Assembly (NCBI GenBank): GCA_050949405.1 | Contig: JBMNFQ010000001.1 | Coordinates: forward strand, 355,506 to 419,505 | From: Limisphaerales bacterium | Lineage (GTDB): Bacteria > Verrucomicrobiota > Verrucomicrobiia > Limisphaerales > UBA1412 | Direction of reading: 5' to 3' | Length of the DNA stretch: 64,000 nt | Part shown: positions 43,401 to 51,990 of the stretch, piece after piece | Layout: each line of letters begins with the position of its first letter | Position numbering within the stretch: position 1 is the stretch's first letter | The notes under the pieces: model-generated | Told to the model about the DNA's origin: nothing | Seen by the model: the letters and a program-made list of their open reading frames with translations, nothing else | Database searches by the model: none | Made by a program: the position numbers and the translations under genes

Positions 43401-44964
43401 CGAGCGCTGGATGAACCTTGCCGGAGCCGGCTTCACCGAGGGGATTGAATATACCTTCCCAGATATGCTGCTTGCTCCCGGGGCCTATCTGGTGCTCTGC
43501 AAGAACCCGGGCGCTTTCGCCACCCGCTATGATATACGCCAGATGCAGCTCATGGGCCCCTACAAAGGCAACCTGGCTCGCAAAGGGGAAACACTCACCC
43601 TGAGCGCCGCCGATGGCTCCTCCATCCTCTCCTACACCTATTCCAACAGTTGGTACCCGGAGACCGACGGCGGAGGCTACAGCCTGGTCGTAATCGACGT
43701 AACCGCCGAAGAGCCGCTCTGGAGCACCCCCGAAAACTGGGAGCCGAGCAAAGAGCCCCGCGGCACCCCGGACACCGGCAAGGATGGGCAGGTCGATCCA
43801 CCGCCCCTCTATCCTCCCGTTATCGTGAAGGAGCCCGCCAACCAGAGCGTCCTGTTGGAAGGCACCGCCACTTTCAGCGTAACCGTCACCGGCACTGCGC
43901 CGCTGCAATATCAGTGGTTCAAAGATGGCCAGCCAATTGAAGGAGCCGTCAACCCAACCTATACGATTGACTCGGTCAGCGCCACCGATGCCGGGCTCTA
44001 TCAGGTAACCATCAGCAACGCCAAAGGCTCCCGCACGAGCCGGGAAGCTGAACTCATCGTCAAGGAGAAAGGGGCTTATGCGGATGCGCTGCTCTATCAC
44101 CGCTACAGCTTCGAACCGGTCTATGAGAATGACAAACTGATCGCCAAAGACTCGGTCGGCGGTGCCGATGGCACCCTCTATGGCTCGGCAACCATTATCG
44201 ATTCCTACCTTTCTCTGGATGGCAGCGGCGATACCCGCTCCTTCACCAATGGCTGCTTCCTGGCGCTGCCGCCCAACCTGATCTCCAATTTTCCCTCCTT
44301 CTCCGTCGAGATGTGGGTACGCGCCACCCGGGATAAGGGAAGCTGGATGCGGCTTTTCGATTTTGGCAACTGTGAGGTTCGTGGCGATGGGACCATCGGC
44401 AACGGCCTCAACTACACCATGACGACCTGGAAAACGGGCAACAATCTCTGCAACGGCGTTCGCCTGGAGGGCGTCGAGCACCAGATGTTCGCCCCGGCCC
44501 TGCCGATTGGGGATGGTCTCTTCCACCATATCGTCTACGTTTATGACGCAGAGAGCCAGACCGGCACCCTCTACACCGACGGAGAATGGGCCGGAGTCGG
44601 CGACCAGGCGTTCAACCCGACCCAGTTTGGCGATTCGCCCAACATGTGGATTGGCAAATCGCAGTTCGGGGCTGACCCCTACTTTGCGGGAGATTTCGAT
44701 GAGTTCCGCATTTATGAGGGGGTGCTTTCCGACGCGGAGGTGGCATTGAATTATGAGCTGGGCCCCGACGCGCTTCTTCCTCTGGAGCCCGAGCCACTTT
44801 CTCTCAACCTTGTCCGGCAGGATGGCGGGTATTATTTAGTCTTTACCGGAGTATTGGAAATAAGTCAGGATATGGTTCGCTGGCAGCGGCTGCCCGCGGC
44901 GCGGAGTCCCTGGCCACTGGAAGCGCAAGGCACCCAGATGCTGTTTTACCGAACAACCTATTGA
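40456..44964 (+). CDS. giant secreted CotH-kinase-family protein with lamin-tail, chitobiase/Fn3-associated, Ig and LamG-like domains
   Basis: Signal peptide MRIFRTVFYLRWAFLLVLLTSNLFAHA (ATG at 40456 after GGAG). LTD-like LRINEFLASNQ...DWIEIRN and LRVTEMMY...FAWIELQN. CotH-like YYHLYINGTYWGLYQSQER. TIYYTLDGSTP and TVYFTLDGSDP. Ig I-set-like YQWFKDGQPIEG...DAGLYQVTISN. C-terminal LamG-like ...FDEFRIYEGVLSDAEV. Confidence 0.75.
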   Translation: MRIFRTVFYLRWAFLLVLLTSNLFAHAAQSLRINEFLASNQNGTATATGERTDWIEIRNLTDESINLAGWYLTDSAKNLTKFQFPPTSQIPIQANGYFLLFASGSEAPIVGGQWHANFSLSREGEYLALVRPDGVVEDEFSPAFPEQYTDVSYGVIGDPGPGLPLQYGYFLTPTPRRANGEDALLNGRLPEVEFDQERGFRTNSFSVSLSCPESDTTIYYTLDGSTPTESSSRYRRALNISKTTALRACAFKEGYLPSQVRSRTWIFIDDVLKQSTMRRTITDNPLYRQRIIDGLQDIPSISLTTDRSNLYGSTGIFDNYGLSGIDGERPASVELIDPKGGAEFDIFAGLRIRGAVGRSAPKKSLRLFFNSTYDGNLAFPLFGDEGAELFTKVDLRAEQNNSWSSNVDAPWQNTFIREVFSRDTQRDMGELYTRSRYYHLYINGTYWGLYQSQERGEADFASSYLGGSPKEWDALKSSSSRIIELKDGTRDAYTEFYEYAKAGFTGQNEPNYWKVLGLNPDGTRNPAYPILLDQENLIHYILTTLYAADVDSPLSWINIVNNVNTVYHREEPAGFLWLKHDAELSLGAFLGVEDSIEYFKNATYWSRWSDFNPMDLHRKLMQHPEYYRKFGDMARGEYLGGGALSQEKALQRWNARMETIEQPVVAESARWGNQWGGGYTWETWKSACHLVTDAFMVGREYEMIPILRKHDWYPALDSPGIQPLGDGENSFVKITAADATVYFTLDGSDPRLPDGSLNPEALELQPDSGEPALVDDVVIPARSTWRCYDTGDAPPDQRNHSKVSWGARFYNDYDWSEKIAADGFSNKEVYLRKSFVLESLADIKSASLELLKGSGTVYLNGSVVRPGSFQSSLLRQGRNLLTVAANNSAAGFDLSLTLSRDTAFWTAAAIPAAGANTWVKARALQNNDWSALSEYDGRDLSQQANSFLRVTEMMYSAEVSEEEALQGYTHDDFAWIELQNSSERWMNLAGAGFTEGIEYTFPDMLLAPGAYLVLCKNPGAFATRYDIRQMQLMGPYKGNLARKGETLTLSAADGSSILSYTYSNSWYPETDGGGYSLVVIDVTAEEPLWSTPENWEPSKEPRGTPDTGKDGQVDPPPLYPPVIVKEPANQSVLLEGTATFSVTVTGTAPLQYQWFKDGQPIEGAVNPTYTIDSVSATDAGLYQVTISNAKGSRTSREAELIVKEKGAYADALLYHRYSFEPVYENDKLIAKDSVGGADGTLYGSATIIDSYLSLDGSGDTRSFTNGCFLALPPNLISNFPSFSVEMWVRATRDKGSWMRLFDFGNCEVRGDGTIGNGLNYTMTTWKTGNNLCNGVRLEGVEHQMFAPALPIGDGLFHHIVYVYDAESQTGTLYTDGEWAGVGDQAFNPTQFGDSPNMWIGKSQFGADPYFAGDFDEFRIYEGVLSDAEVALNYELGPDALLPLEPEPLSLNLVRQDGGYYLVFTGVLEISQDMVRWQRLPAARSPWPLEAQGTQMLFYRTTY

Positions 44965-44975
44965 CATAAACGAAA

Positions 44976-45503
44976 ATGAACACTGAGAAATCGAAACTGG
45001 ATTGTATTTTTGGCAGGCGCTCGGTTCGCCTCTACACCGATAGAGGTGTGGACGAGCAGAGCATTCAGACACTTTTGCAGGCGGCGATGGCCGCTCCTTC
45101 GGCCCGTGCCTGTGATCCCTGGCGGTTTTTGGTACTGACTCAGCGCAATTTGATCGATTCGCTTTCAGAGCTGCTCCCCTACGGAAAAATGCTCAAAGTG
45201 GCTCCGTTGGCTTTCGTCGTCTGCGGAGATATCACCAAAGCCCACAGCCAATCTCTGAGCTACATGCTTCAGGATTGCTCGGCCGCGACTGAAAATATCC
45301 TGATTGCCGCTCACACTCTGGGCCTGGGAGGCGTCTGGCTCGGTGTTCACCCCAATGAAGACCGGGTCTCCGGGATTCGTAAGCTTTTCAAGCTCCCCGA
45401 GGAAATTATCCCGGTGAACGTCATCTCCATCGGCTACCCGGCCGAGGTCAAGGAACCTCGCACCCGTTACAACGCCGAGTACGTACACTGCAACCGCTGG
45501 TAA
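44976..45503 (+). CDS. nitroreductase family protein
   Basis: IFGRRSVRLYTDRGVDEQSIQTLLQAAMAAPSARACDPWRFLVL is the typical nitroreductase N-terminus. 175 aa. Confidence 0.75.
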   Translation: MNTEKSKLDCIFGRRSVRLYTDRGVDEQSIQTLLQAAMAAPSARACDPWRFLVLTQRNLIDSLSELLPYGKMLKVAPLAFVVCGDITKAHSQSLSYMLQDCSAATENILIAAHTLGLGGVWLGVHPNEDRVSGIRKLFKLPEEIIPVNVISIGYPAEVKEPRTRYNAEYVHCNRW

Positions 45504-45529
45504 CAGTCTGAAGCGCAACCTCCCGAAAA

Positions 45530-45580
45530 ACTCTGCCGCTTGAAGGGCCGGCGCCCTGCTGAGGCGGCAGAGTCTTGCTT
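45530..45580 (+). terminator. putative terminator downstream of the nitroreductase gene
   Basis: 10-bp stem ACTCTGCCGC/GCGGCAGAGT (45530-45539/45564-45573) around a GC-rich loop, with a weak T-tract after it. Confidence 0.45.
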
Positions 45581-45683
45581 TCCGGATAAATGCTCTTTTT
45601 TTGCCTTTCCCGAGCGTTTCCCTTTGACCTGCGGTCATTTTTTTATTATGAAGACTGAGGGTCCTTTTGGGAGAAGCAGATAA

Positions 45684-46613
45684 ATGTTGGATGACTTGTT
45701 AATACTGGCCGCCTCACACACCGAGCCGGACTTGGTCTATATTTGGCAACAGGCCACGTTGGAGACGAAACTTGTTCTTTTTGCGCTGGCCATCATGTCG
45801 GTGTTCGCCTGGTCAGTGATGACCTCTAAAACGCTCCAGATGCGCCGTGCACGCAAGCTGAATCGTATCTTTTTGGAGGAATATCGAAGTCAGAATAAAA
45901 TGCTCGATATTTTTGATCGCGATGTGCGGGTGGAGGGTTGCCCCCTCTTCAATATCTACCGTGAAGCCTGCTCCGTCGTAAAAGTCCGAATGCAACCGGT
46001 TCAGCCTCCCGATAACCCCACCGGAGCCGCCCCTGCACCGCTCATGACGCCCACTCCAGCGGCTGTACCTGTATCAGCGCCTGTAGACGCTGCCACCCCG
46101 CAACCCTCACCGATGGCCTCGATGGCTGCAGTGAGCCCGGAGACAGCTCAACCGCTCCCTTTTGAACCCGCACTGGTCGCCCCGATTGCACCGGTGCTGC
46201 CCGCTGCCGCCCCTCCCGTCACTCTCTGGCAGGTCAGCCTCAAAACCATCGAACATATCAAACGGAACATGGAGCGCTCCGTAGCGGAAGAATCACTCAA
46301 GCTTGAATCGGGCCTCATCATGCTGGCGATTGCCGTGAGCGGCTCCCCTTTCCTCGGTCTTCTCGGGACGGTCTGGGGGGTGATGAGCGCCTTCAGCTAT
46401 GTCGCCGTGGCCCAGAGCGCCGACCTGGCAACAATGGCTCCCGGTGTCGCCGGAGCGCTCATCGCCACTGTGGGCGGACTGCTGGTCGCCATTCCCTCCA
46501 TGTTCAGTTACAACTGGCTGGTCCACAACCTGCGGGTCTTCACCGTCGAGATGGATAACTTTGCGCAAGATTTAATCTCGAAAATTGAGACGGAGTTTAG
46601 TATAAATGAATAA
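45684..46613 (+). CDS. tolQ: MotA/TolQ/ExbB-family proton channel protein (TolQ by context) with Pro/Ala-rich loop insertion
   Basis: C-terminal channel motif LAIAVSGSPFLGLLGTVWGVMSAF...MAPGVAGALIATVGGLLVAIP. First gene of a tolQ-tolR-tolA-tolB-pal string. Confidence 0.75.
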   Translation: MLDDLLILAASHTEPDLVYIWQQATLETKLVLFALAIMSVFAWSVMTSKTLQMRRARKLNRIFLEEYRSQNKMLDIFDRDVRVEGCPLFNIYREACSVVKVRMQPVQPPDNPTGAAPAPLMTPTPAAVPVSAPVDAATPQPSPMASMAAVSPETAQPLPFEPALVAPIAPVLPAAAPPVTLWQVSLKTIEHIKRNMERSVAEESLKLESGLIMLAIAVSGSPFLGLLGTVWGVMSAFSYVAVAQSADLATMAPGVAGALIATVGGLLVAIPSMFSYNWLVHNLRVFTVEMDNFAQDLISKIETEFSINE

Positions 46614-46635
46614 GGGCCTGAGGTGAGCTGATAAT

Positions 46636-47058
46636 ATGCGAAGATTTTCTCAAAAAAACTCCCTGGTGACACTCAGCGAAATCAATATCATTCCGCTGAT
46701 GGATCTGGTTTTTGTTCTTTTGATTATCTTCATGATCACCACGCCGCTCCTGGAGCAAAGTATGAAGCTGGACCTGCCCAGCGGCGGCGAGCTCGACACC
46801 TCCCCCCTCAAGGCGGAAGATATCGCCACTATTGAAATCAACGTCCAGGGCCTGATGCACCTGGAAAAGAGACCGATGGACCTGGAGCAGCTCACCGCGA
46901 GCCTCTCCCATCTCTATCAGATGAACCCCAAACTGGTCGTCCATATTCGGGCCGATCAGAACAGTCCCTACAAATATATCGCAGCCGTGATAGACCGCTG
47001 CCAAAAAAACGATATGCGGACCCTGTCGCTACAGACGGAGTTTGAACCTCACCCATGA
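46636..47058 (+). CDS. tolR: ExbD/TolR-family biopolymer transport protein
   Basis: INIIPLMDLVFVLLIIFMITTPLL TM segment with the conserved Asp. 140 aa. Confidence 0.8.
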   Translation: MRRFSQKNSLVTLSEINIIPLMDLVFVLLIIFMITTPLLEQSMKLDLPSGGELDTSPLKAEDIATIEINVQGLMHLEKRPMDLEQLTASLSHLYQMNPKLVVHIRADQNSPYKYIAAVIDRCQKNDMRTLSLQTEFEPHP

Positions 47059-47981
47059 TGAACCGAGAAAGAAAATGTATGTTGGGCTCAGCGGCCGTTC
47101 ATATCGTTCTGCTGGCCGCTCTGGGGGTTGGTTCGGCTTTTGTCTCCTCGTCAGTCCTGCAAGACTCCGATGAGCTGGCTCCGCTGCCGACGATTCAGCA
47201 AATACCCTCCAATCTGGTCGATGAATTGATTTATAACCCGGGCGGCGCCCAGGAAATCGGCCCCACTCAGGAACCGGCTTCTATCCCCGCACCTGCCCCG
47301 GCTCCAGCAGCCGCTCCGGCTCCCAAACCGACGCCTGCACCAGAAAAACCTGTCACTCCCCCAAAAGTTGAAACCAAACCGGCCGCCAAGCCGACTCCGG
47401 CACCCGCTCCGGCTCCCAAAAGAGTCAACCTTGATCAACTGAAGACAAAGGTGGATTCAAGCAAAGTGGCCCGTGAAGCTCAAAACCAGGCCGACGCCAA
47501 AGCTGCCGCTGCCGCTGCTGCTGCAGCCCAAAGAGAACGCCAGGCATGGGCCGACGCTCTCTCCAACGTCAAGGGTACCATCCAGGAGGGCAGCGGGCGC
47601 TCCTCTTCCAGCTCCGGCGAAAGCGGACTGGCCTCTCAGGCGAAAATCACAGGTGCCTCTCTCGGCACCGGCGATGGAACCGGCAGTGGCGAGGCTGTCG
47701 CCAACTATGCCCAGGCGGTTTGCTCCTACTATCGGAACGCCTGGATCAGCCCCTCCACCCTCAAGGATGACAAGCTCACGGCCGTCGCCCGCATCATCAT
47801 TAACCGCAACGGCAGCATTCAATCGGCAACCATCACCTCCCGCTCAGGCGATAAAGAGCTCGACGCCAGCGTCCAGAGAGCCATCGACAGCGTGGTCAAG
47901 CTACCCCCTTTCCCCAAAAACTCAACCGATAGCACCAGAACCTATACCATACGGTTTAACTTGAGGGGAGCTACTATTTAA
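47055..47981 (+). CDS. tolA: TolA/TonB-family energy-transducer protein
   Basis: N-terminal TM segment, PAPAP/KP-rich spacer, Ala/Gln-rich segment, and a TonB_C-like end (ARIIINRNGSIQSATITSRSGDKELDASVQRAIDSVVKLPPFP). Confidence 0.65.
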   Translation: MMNRERKCMLGSAAVHIVLLAALGVGSAFVSSSVLQDSDELAPLPTIQQIPSNLVDELIYNPGGAQEIGPTQEPASIPAPAPAPAAAPAPKPTPAPEKPVTPPKVETKPAAKPTPAPAPAPKRVNLDQLKTKVDSSKVAREAQNQADAKAAAAAAAAAQRERQAWADALSNVKGTIQEGSGRSSSSSGESGLASQAKITGASLGTGDGTGSGEAVANYAQAVCSYYRNAWISPSTLKDDKLTAVARIIINRNGSIQSATITSRSGDKELDASVQRAIDSVVKLPPFPKNSTDSTRTYTIRFNLRGATI

Positions 47982-47997
47982 TTATAGAACGATAACC

Positions 47998-49194
47998 ATG
48001 CAAAACAGAAGTATCTTAAGACGCACCACGGGCGGAGTTTTCGCAATTCTATACGCCGCCTTTTGTTTCACCCTGTGGGCTCAAACCACCGCTGAGCTCG
48101 ACATTGACCGGATGGCGACTCTCTCCAACCGCCCCTTCCCTGTCCATATCAAGGGGAGCCTCAGCCCGGAAGCCCTGAGCGTCCTCAGGTTTGACCTGGA
48201 GGTCGGCGGCTGCGACATCGTCTCGGAGGATGCCGCCACCTATCTGGTCCATGGCGCCAGCTCTGAGAACATCACCGGCCGGCTGACCGACCAGACCGGC
48301 AGCGTTCAATACTTCAACCGCTCCTATAAAAACGGCACCACGCGTGCCCAGGCCCATGCGCTGGCAGGCGATATCCTCAAAGTTTTGACCGGCCAGGACT
48401 CCATCTTCAATTGCAAGATCGCCTACTGCGTCAATACGAACACCGATAAAAATGAAATTTTCATCTCCGACTTTGACGGGTTTAGCCCCAAACAGGTGAC
48501 CCGAGACGGCAGCCTGATCCGTGGTCTGAGCTGGGGCGCGGAAAATAAATCGCTCCTCTATTGCTCCTACATGAAGGGTAACCCCGATATCTACCTCCAC
48601 AATCTGGCAGAGGGCAGACGCAGCGTGGTCGCCAACTATACGGGCCTCAATACGAGCCCCGCCATTTCACCCGACGGTAAAAAAGTGGCCATGATCCTGA
48701 GTAAAGACGGGACCCCGGATGTCTATGTCTCCAATCTGGATGGCAGCAACCTCAAACGAATCACGCAAACGGCTGCCGATGAAGCCTCACCCTGCTGGTC
48801 GCCCGATGGCACCAGGCTCTGCTTCTCCAGCCGTATCAGCGGCAGCGCCCGCCTTTATACGGCACCGGCCGAAGGCGGCAAAATGCAGCGCATTACCACC
48901 ACTGGCGTCGGCTCAGCCACCGAGCCGGATTGGTCGCCCGATGGAAAATGGATCGCTTTTACCACGACGACGCGCCACTCCTTCCAGATATGCGTAGTGC
49001 CGGCCGCTGGCGGAATAGTGGAGATTCTTGCCGAAGGGGAATCCCCCAGTTGGGCCCCCAACTCCCGAACTTTAATCTTTTGTAGAAAGTCAGGCAAAAA
49101 AAGTACGCTGGTTATGCTTGACGTTCCGACTAAAAAGTCCAAAACTATAACAAACGTCACCGGCAGTGCGTCTCAGCCCTGCTGGACTCGGTAA
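47998..49194 (+). CDS. tolB: Tol-Pal system beta-propeller protein TolB
   Basis: Signal peptide. Repeated PD40-type blades (SPDGKKVAM, SPDGTRLCFSS, SPDGKWIAFTT, SWAPNSRTLIF). Confidence 0.8.
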   Translation: MQNRSILRRTTGGVFAILYAAFCFTLWAQTTAELDIDRMATLSNRPFPVHIKGSLSPEALSVLRFDLEVGGCDIVSEDAATYLVHGASSENITGRLTDQTGSVQYFNRSYKNGTTRAQAHALAGDILKVLTGQDSIFNCKIAYCVNTNTDKNEIFISDFDGFSPKQVTRDGSLIRGLSWGAENKSLLYCSYMKGNPDIYLHNLAEGRRSVVANYTGLNTSPAISPDGKKVAMILSKDGTPDVYVSNLDGSNLKRITQTAADEASPCWSPDGTRLCFSSRISGSARLYTAPAEGGKMQRITTTGVGSATEPDWSPDGKWIAFTTTTRHSFQICVVPAAGGIVEILAEGESPSWAPNSRTLIFCRKSGKKSTLVMLDVPTKKSKTITNVTGSASQPCWTR

Positions 49195-49220
49195 AGAACA
49201 ATCAAAAAGAACTGTAGACT

Positions 49221-49907
49221 ATGAAATCAATCACGAAACTTGTCCTGGTACTGGGACTTAGCTTGGCGGTTTCTCTCCTCACCTCTTGCAAGAACCCCAA
49301 GACCCCCACATCCAGCATCCCGAAGCTGGACCCGACGATCAGCCAGGCCGGCACCACCGACCCATTGGCTGGAACCAGAAACCAGGGCACTGGTACGACC
49401 AGACCCTCAGGTCCAACCGGTGCGGACCGCACAGGCGCCTATGCTGACGATGACGCCTTCTCTCACGGTTTGGACAATGTGGAGGGAGTGGACTTTGATG
49501 ATACCGGCATTGGCCAGGCCAGCCGCCAGAGCTTCGAAGGCCGCCCCATGGATACCGAGATTTTTAAGGATTATACCATCCATTTCGATTTTGACAGCTC
49601 CGCTGTACGCCCCTCCGATAGAATCAATGTTGAGGCCGTCGCCGATTACCTCAAAGCTCATGGCGATTGCTACCTGCTGATTGACGGCCACTGCGATGAA
49701 CGGGGCACCGAGGAATACAACCAGGCTCTGGGTGAGCGCCGCGCTCTCTCGGCCCGCGAAGCCATCACCAAAGAAGGCATCCAGGCCGGCCGCGTCCGCA
49801 CCCGCTCCTGGGGTGAAGCGCGCCCGGTTGCCCTGGGCGCCGATGAAGCCAGCTACGCCCAGAACCGACGCGGCGAGTTCATCCTCCTGCTTCCCAGAAC
49901 CGAGTAA
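49221..49907 (+). CDS. pal: peptidoglycan-associated lipoprotein (OmpA-family)
   Basis: Lipobox SLLTSC. OmpA_C-like IHFDFDSSAVRP...IDGHCDERGTEEYNQALGERRALSAREAI...NRRGEF. Confidence 0.85.
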   Translation: MKSITKLVLVLGLSLAVSLLTSCKNPKTPTSSIPKLDPTISQAGTTDPLAGTRNQGTGTTRPSGPTGADRTGAYADDDAFSHGLDNVEGVDFDDTGIGQASRQSFEGRPMDTEIFKDYTIHFDFDSSAVRPSDRINVEAVADYLKAHGDCYLLIDGHCDERGTEEYNQALGERRALSAREAITKEGIQAGRVRTRSWGEARPVALGADEASYAQNRRGEFILLLPRTE

Positions 49908-49945
49908 CACGCAATAGTTTCATTTTGTTCTTTTAACTCATCAAC

Positions 49946-49976
49946 CGGGGTATCCTCACCGATACCCCGTTTTTTT
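49946..49976 (+). terminator. rho-independent terminator of the tol-pal operon
   Basis: CGGGGTATC (49946-49954), loop ctcacc, GATACCCCG (49961-49969), then T7. Confidence 0.85.
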
Positions 49977-50028
49977 GTTCTTTATCGCGCTTGACCTGGG
50001 GGCTGTTTTGGGTCTTAAATAGGGCCAT

Positions 50029-51009
50029 ATGTTCAAATCAGTTGGAAATGTATCGTTATCCTTGCTCTGCGCGGCGGCGTGGGCGCTGAGCGGCTCCTGC
50101 GCAGAGGCAGTGGAGGCCCCGGCAAAAATCCAGACCACTGATACCGCTCTGGAGGCCTGGCTCGGCGGCGAGCTCTTCTTCACCTACAACTACCAGGAAG
50201 CGGCCAAACCGTTTCTCTACCCGCTCTACGGTCCCGATAACCTCCTCATGGTCCGGAGCTATCCGATGAAAAAAGTGGAAAGGGAGCAGACCGACCACCC
50301 GCATCAAAAAGCCTTCTGGTTCACCCATGGCGATGTGAACGGCGTCGATTACTGGACCGAAGACGGCAAAAACGGACGCATCCTCCACCAGAACTTCATC
50401 CAGCTTCAATCGGGGGAGCATGGCGTTATCGAGTCGCTCAACTACTGGGTCAAGCCCGACGGCAAGACGGTTCAGCTCAAGGACCAACGCAAATACGAAT
50501 TCTTTGGCGATGCCCAAAAGCGTTATCTGGACCTCACCATCACGCTGAGCGCCGTCGGTGAAGATGCCAACCTGGGCGATACCAAGGAGGGTACCTTCGG
50601 TATCCGCATCGCCGAGAGCATGCGCCTCAAAGGAGGGCTCAATAAGGGCCATATCGTCAACAGCGAGGGGCTCAAAGATGCCGCCACCTGGGGCAAACGG
50701 GCCGCCTGGGTCGATTACTTTGGACCGGTGGAGGGTCAAACCGTCGGCATCGCCATTCTGGACCACCCCGATAACCTCCGCTTCCCCACCTGGTGGCATG
50801 TCCGCGATTACGGGCTCTTTGCCGCCAACCCCTTCGGCATCCACGATTTTGAGCCGAAAACCTCAAGCGGCGAGCGCACCCCGGCCAATGCGGGCGATTA
50901 CCTCCTCAAAAAAGAGGAGAGCCTGACTTTCAAATATCGGGTGATTTTCCACAAAGGCAGCGATACCGAGGCGGAGATCGCCAGAGAATACGAAGAATTC
51001 ATCAAATAG
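50029..51009 (+). CDS. PmoA-family/DUF6807-like protein
   Basis: Signal peptide. LFFTYNYQEAAKPFLYPLYGP...DHPHQKAFWFTHGDVNGVDYW...GTFGIRIAESM...DYGLFAANPFG matches my recollection of the DUF6807 (PmoA-like) family, which commonly neighbours Gfo/Idh/MocA genes. Confidence 0.55.
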   Translation: MFKSVGNVSLSLLCAAAWALSGSCAEAVEAPAKIQTTDTALEAWLGGELFFTYNYQEAAKPFLYPLYGPDNLLMVRSYPMKKVEREQTDHPHQKAFWFTHGDVNGVDYWTEDGKNGRILHQNFIQLQSGEHGVIESLNYWVKPDGKTVQLKDQRKYEFFGDAQKRYLDLTITLSAVGEDANLGDTKEGTFGIRIAESMRLKGGLNKGHIVNSEGLKDAATWGKRAAWVDYFGPVEGQTVGIAILDHPDNLRFPTWWHVRDYGLFAANPFGIHDFEPKTSSGERTPANAGDYLLKKEESLTFKYRVIFHKGSDTEAEIAREYEEFIK

Positions 51010-51037
51010 AGTAAACCTTTAAATCACTCTCAGAAAA

Positions 51038-51916
51038 ATGAATCGTCGCCATTTTATTCAGACTCTGGGCGGGCTGGCCGCCGCGGCCGCCCTCCCCTTC
51101 CCAAGCAACGCCCGAGCCGAGGAAGCCAAACCTCAAAGCTCATCGCCGGGCGGTTTCAAGTTGGGGCTGGTCACCTATAACCTCGGCAAAGATATGGATG
51201 TGCCGGCCCTGATCAAGAGCTGCAGCGAAACCGGCTTTGAAGGGGTCGAGCTTCGCACCACCCATGCCCACAAGGTAGAAGTCAACCTCACGGCAGCCGA
51301 ACGCCAGGAGGTAAAGGCGCGCTTTGCCGATTCACCGGTCCGGCTGGTGAGCCTGGGGAGCGTTTTTGATTACCACACCCCCGACCCCGATAAACTCAAA
51401 CGGGACATTGAGGGGACCCGCGAATATATCAAGCTGGCGCGGGATGTCGGCGCCGAAGCGATCAAGGTTCGCCCCAATGATATGCCCGCTGGCGTACCGC
51501 CGGAAAAGACACTGGAGCAGATCGGCAAAGCCTTTCGCCAGGTCGCTATCTACGGCGCGGAGCTCGGGATTGATATCCGGATGGAGGTTCACGGCAACCA
51601 GACCTGCCTCCTCCCCAATATCAGGAAGATCATCGATGTGGCCGACCACCCCAACGCCACCGTCTGCTGGAATTCCAATATGGATGACTTGAAAGGCGAA
51701 GGCTGGGATTATAACTACGAGCTGGTGAAACACAAGATCACCGTCTGCCACATCACCGAGCTCTGGAACGCCGGCTACCCCTGGCGCAAACTCTTCGCTT
51801 GCCTGAAGCACGACGGCTTCACGGGCTACACTCTGGCGGAAATCCCGCACAACCCCGACCCGGTCCGGATCATGCGCTACTACCGCGCGCTCTGGCTGGC
51901 TCTGCAGGAGGGATAA
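51038..51916 (+). CDS. TAT-exported xylose-isomerase-like TIM-barrel protein
   Basis: Twin-arginine signal MNRRHFIQTLGGLAAAAALPF. TIM-barrel family blocks (GFEGVELR, IRMEVHGN, TLAEIP). Confidence 0.7.
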   Translation: MNRRHFIQTLGGLAAAAALPFPSNARAEEAKPQSSSPGGFKLGLVTYNLGKDMDVPALIKSCSETGFEGVELRTTHAHKVEVNLTAAERQEVKARFADSPVRLVSLGSVFDYHTPDPDKLKRDIEGTREYIKLARDVGAEAIKVRPNDMPAGVPPEKTLEQIGKAFRQVAIYGAELGIDIRMEVHGNQTCLLPNIRKIIDVADHPNATVCWNSNMDDLKGEGWDYNYELVKHKITVCHITELWNAGYPWRKLFACLKHDGFTGYTLAEIPHNPDPVRIMRYYRALWLALQEG

Positions 51917-51990
51917 AATATTTTTAGCATCAATAGGAAAAAAGAGGCTTGTCGCCCGCAACCGGTGCGGGTTACACTGGGCCTTAGCAA

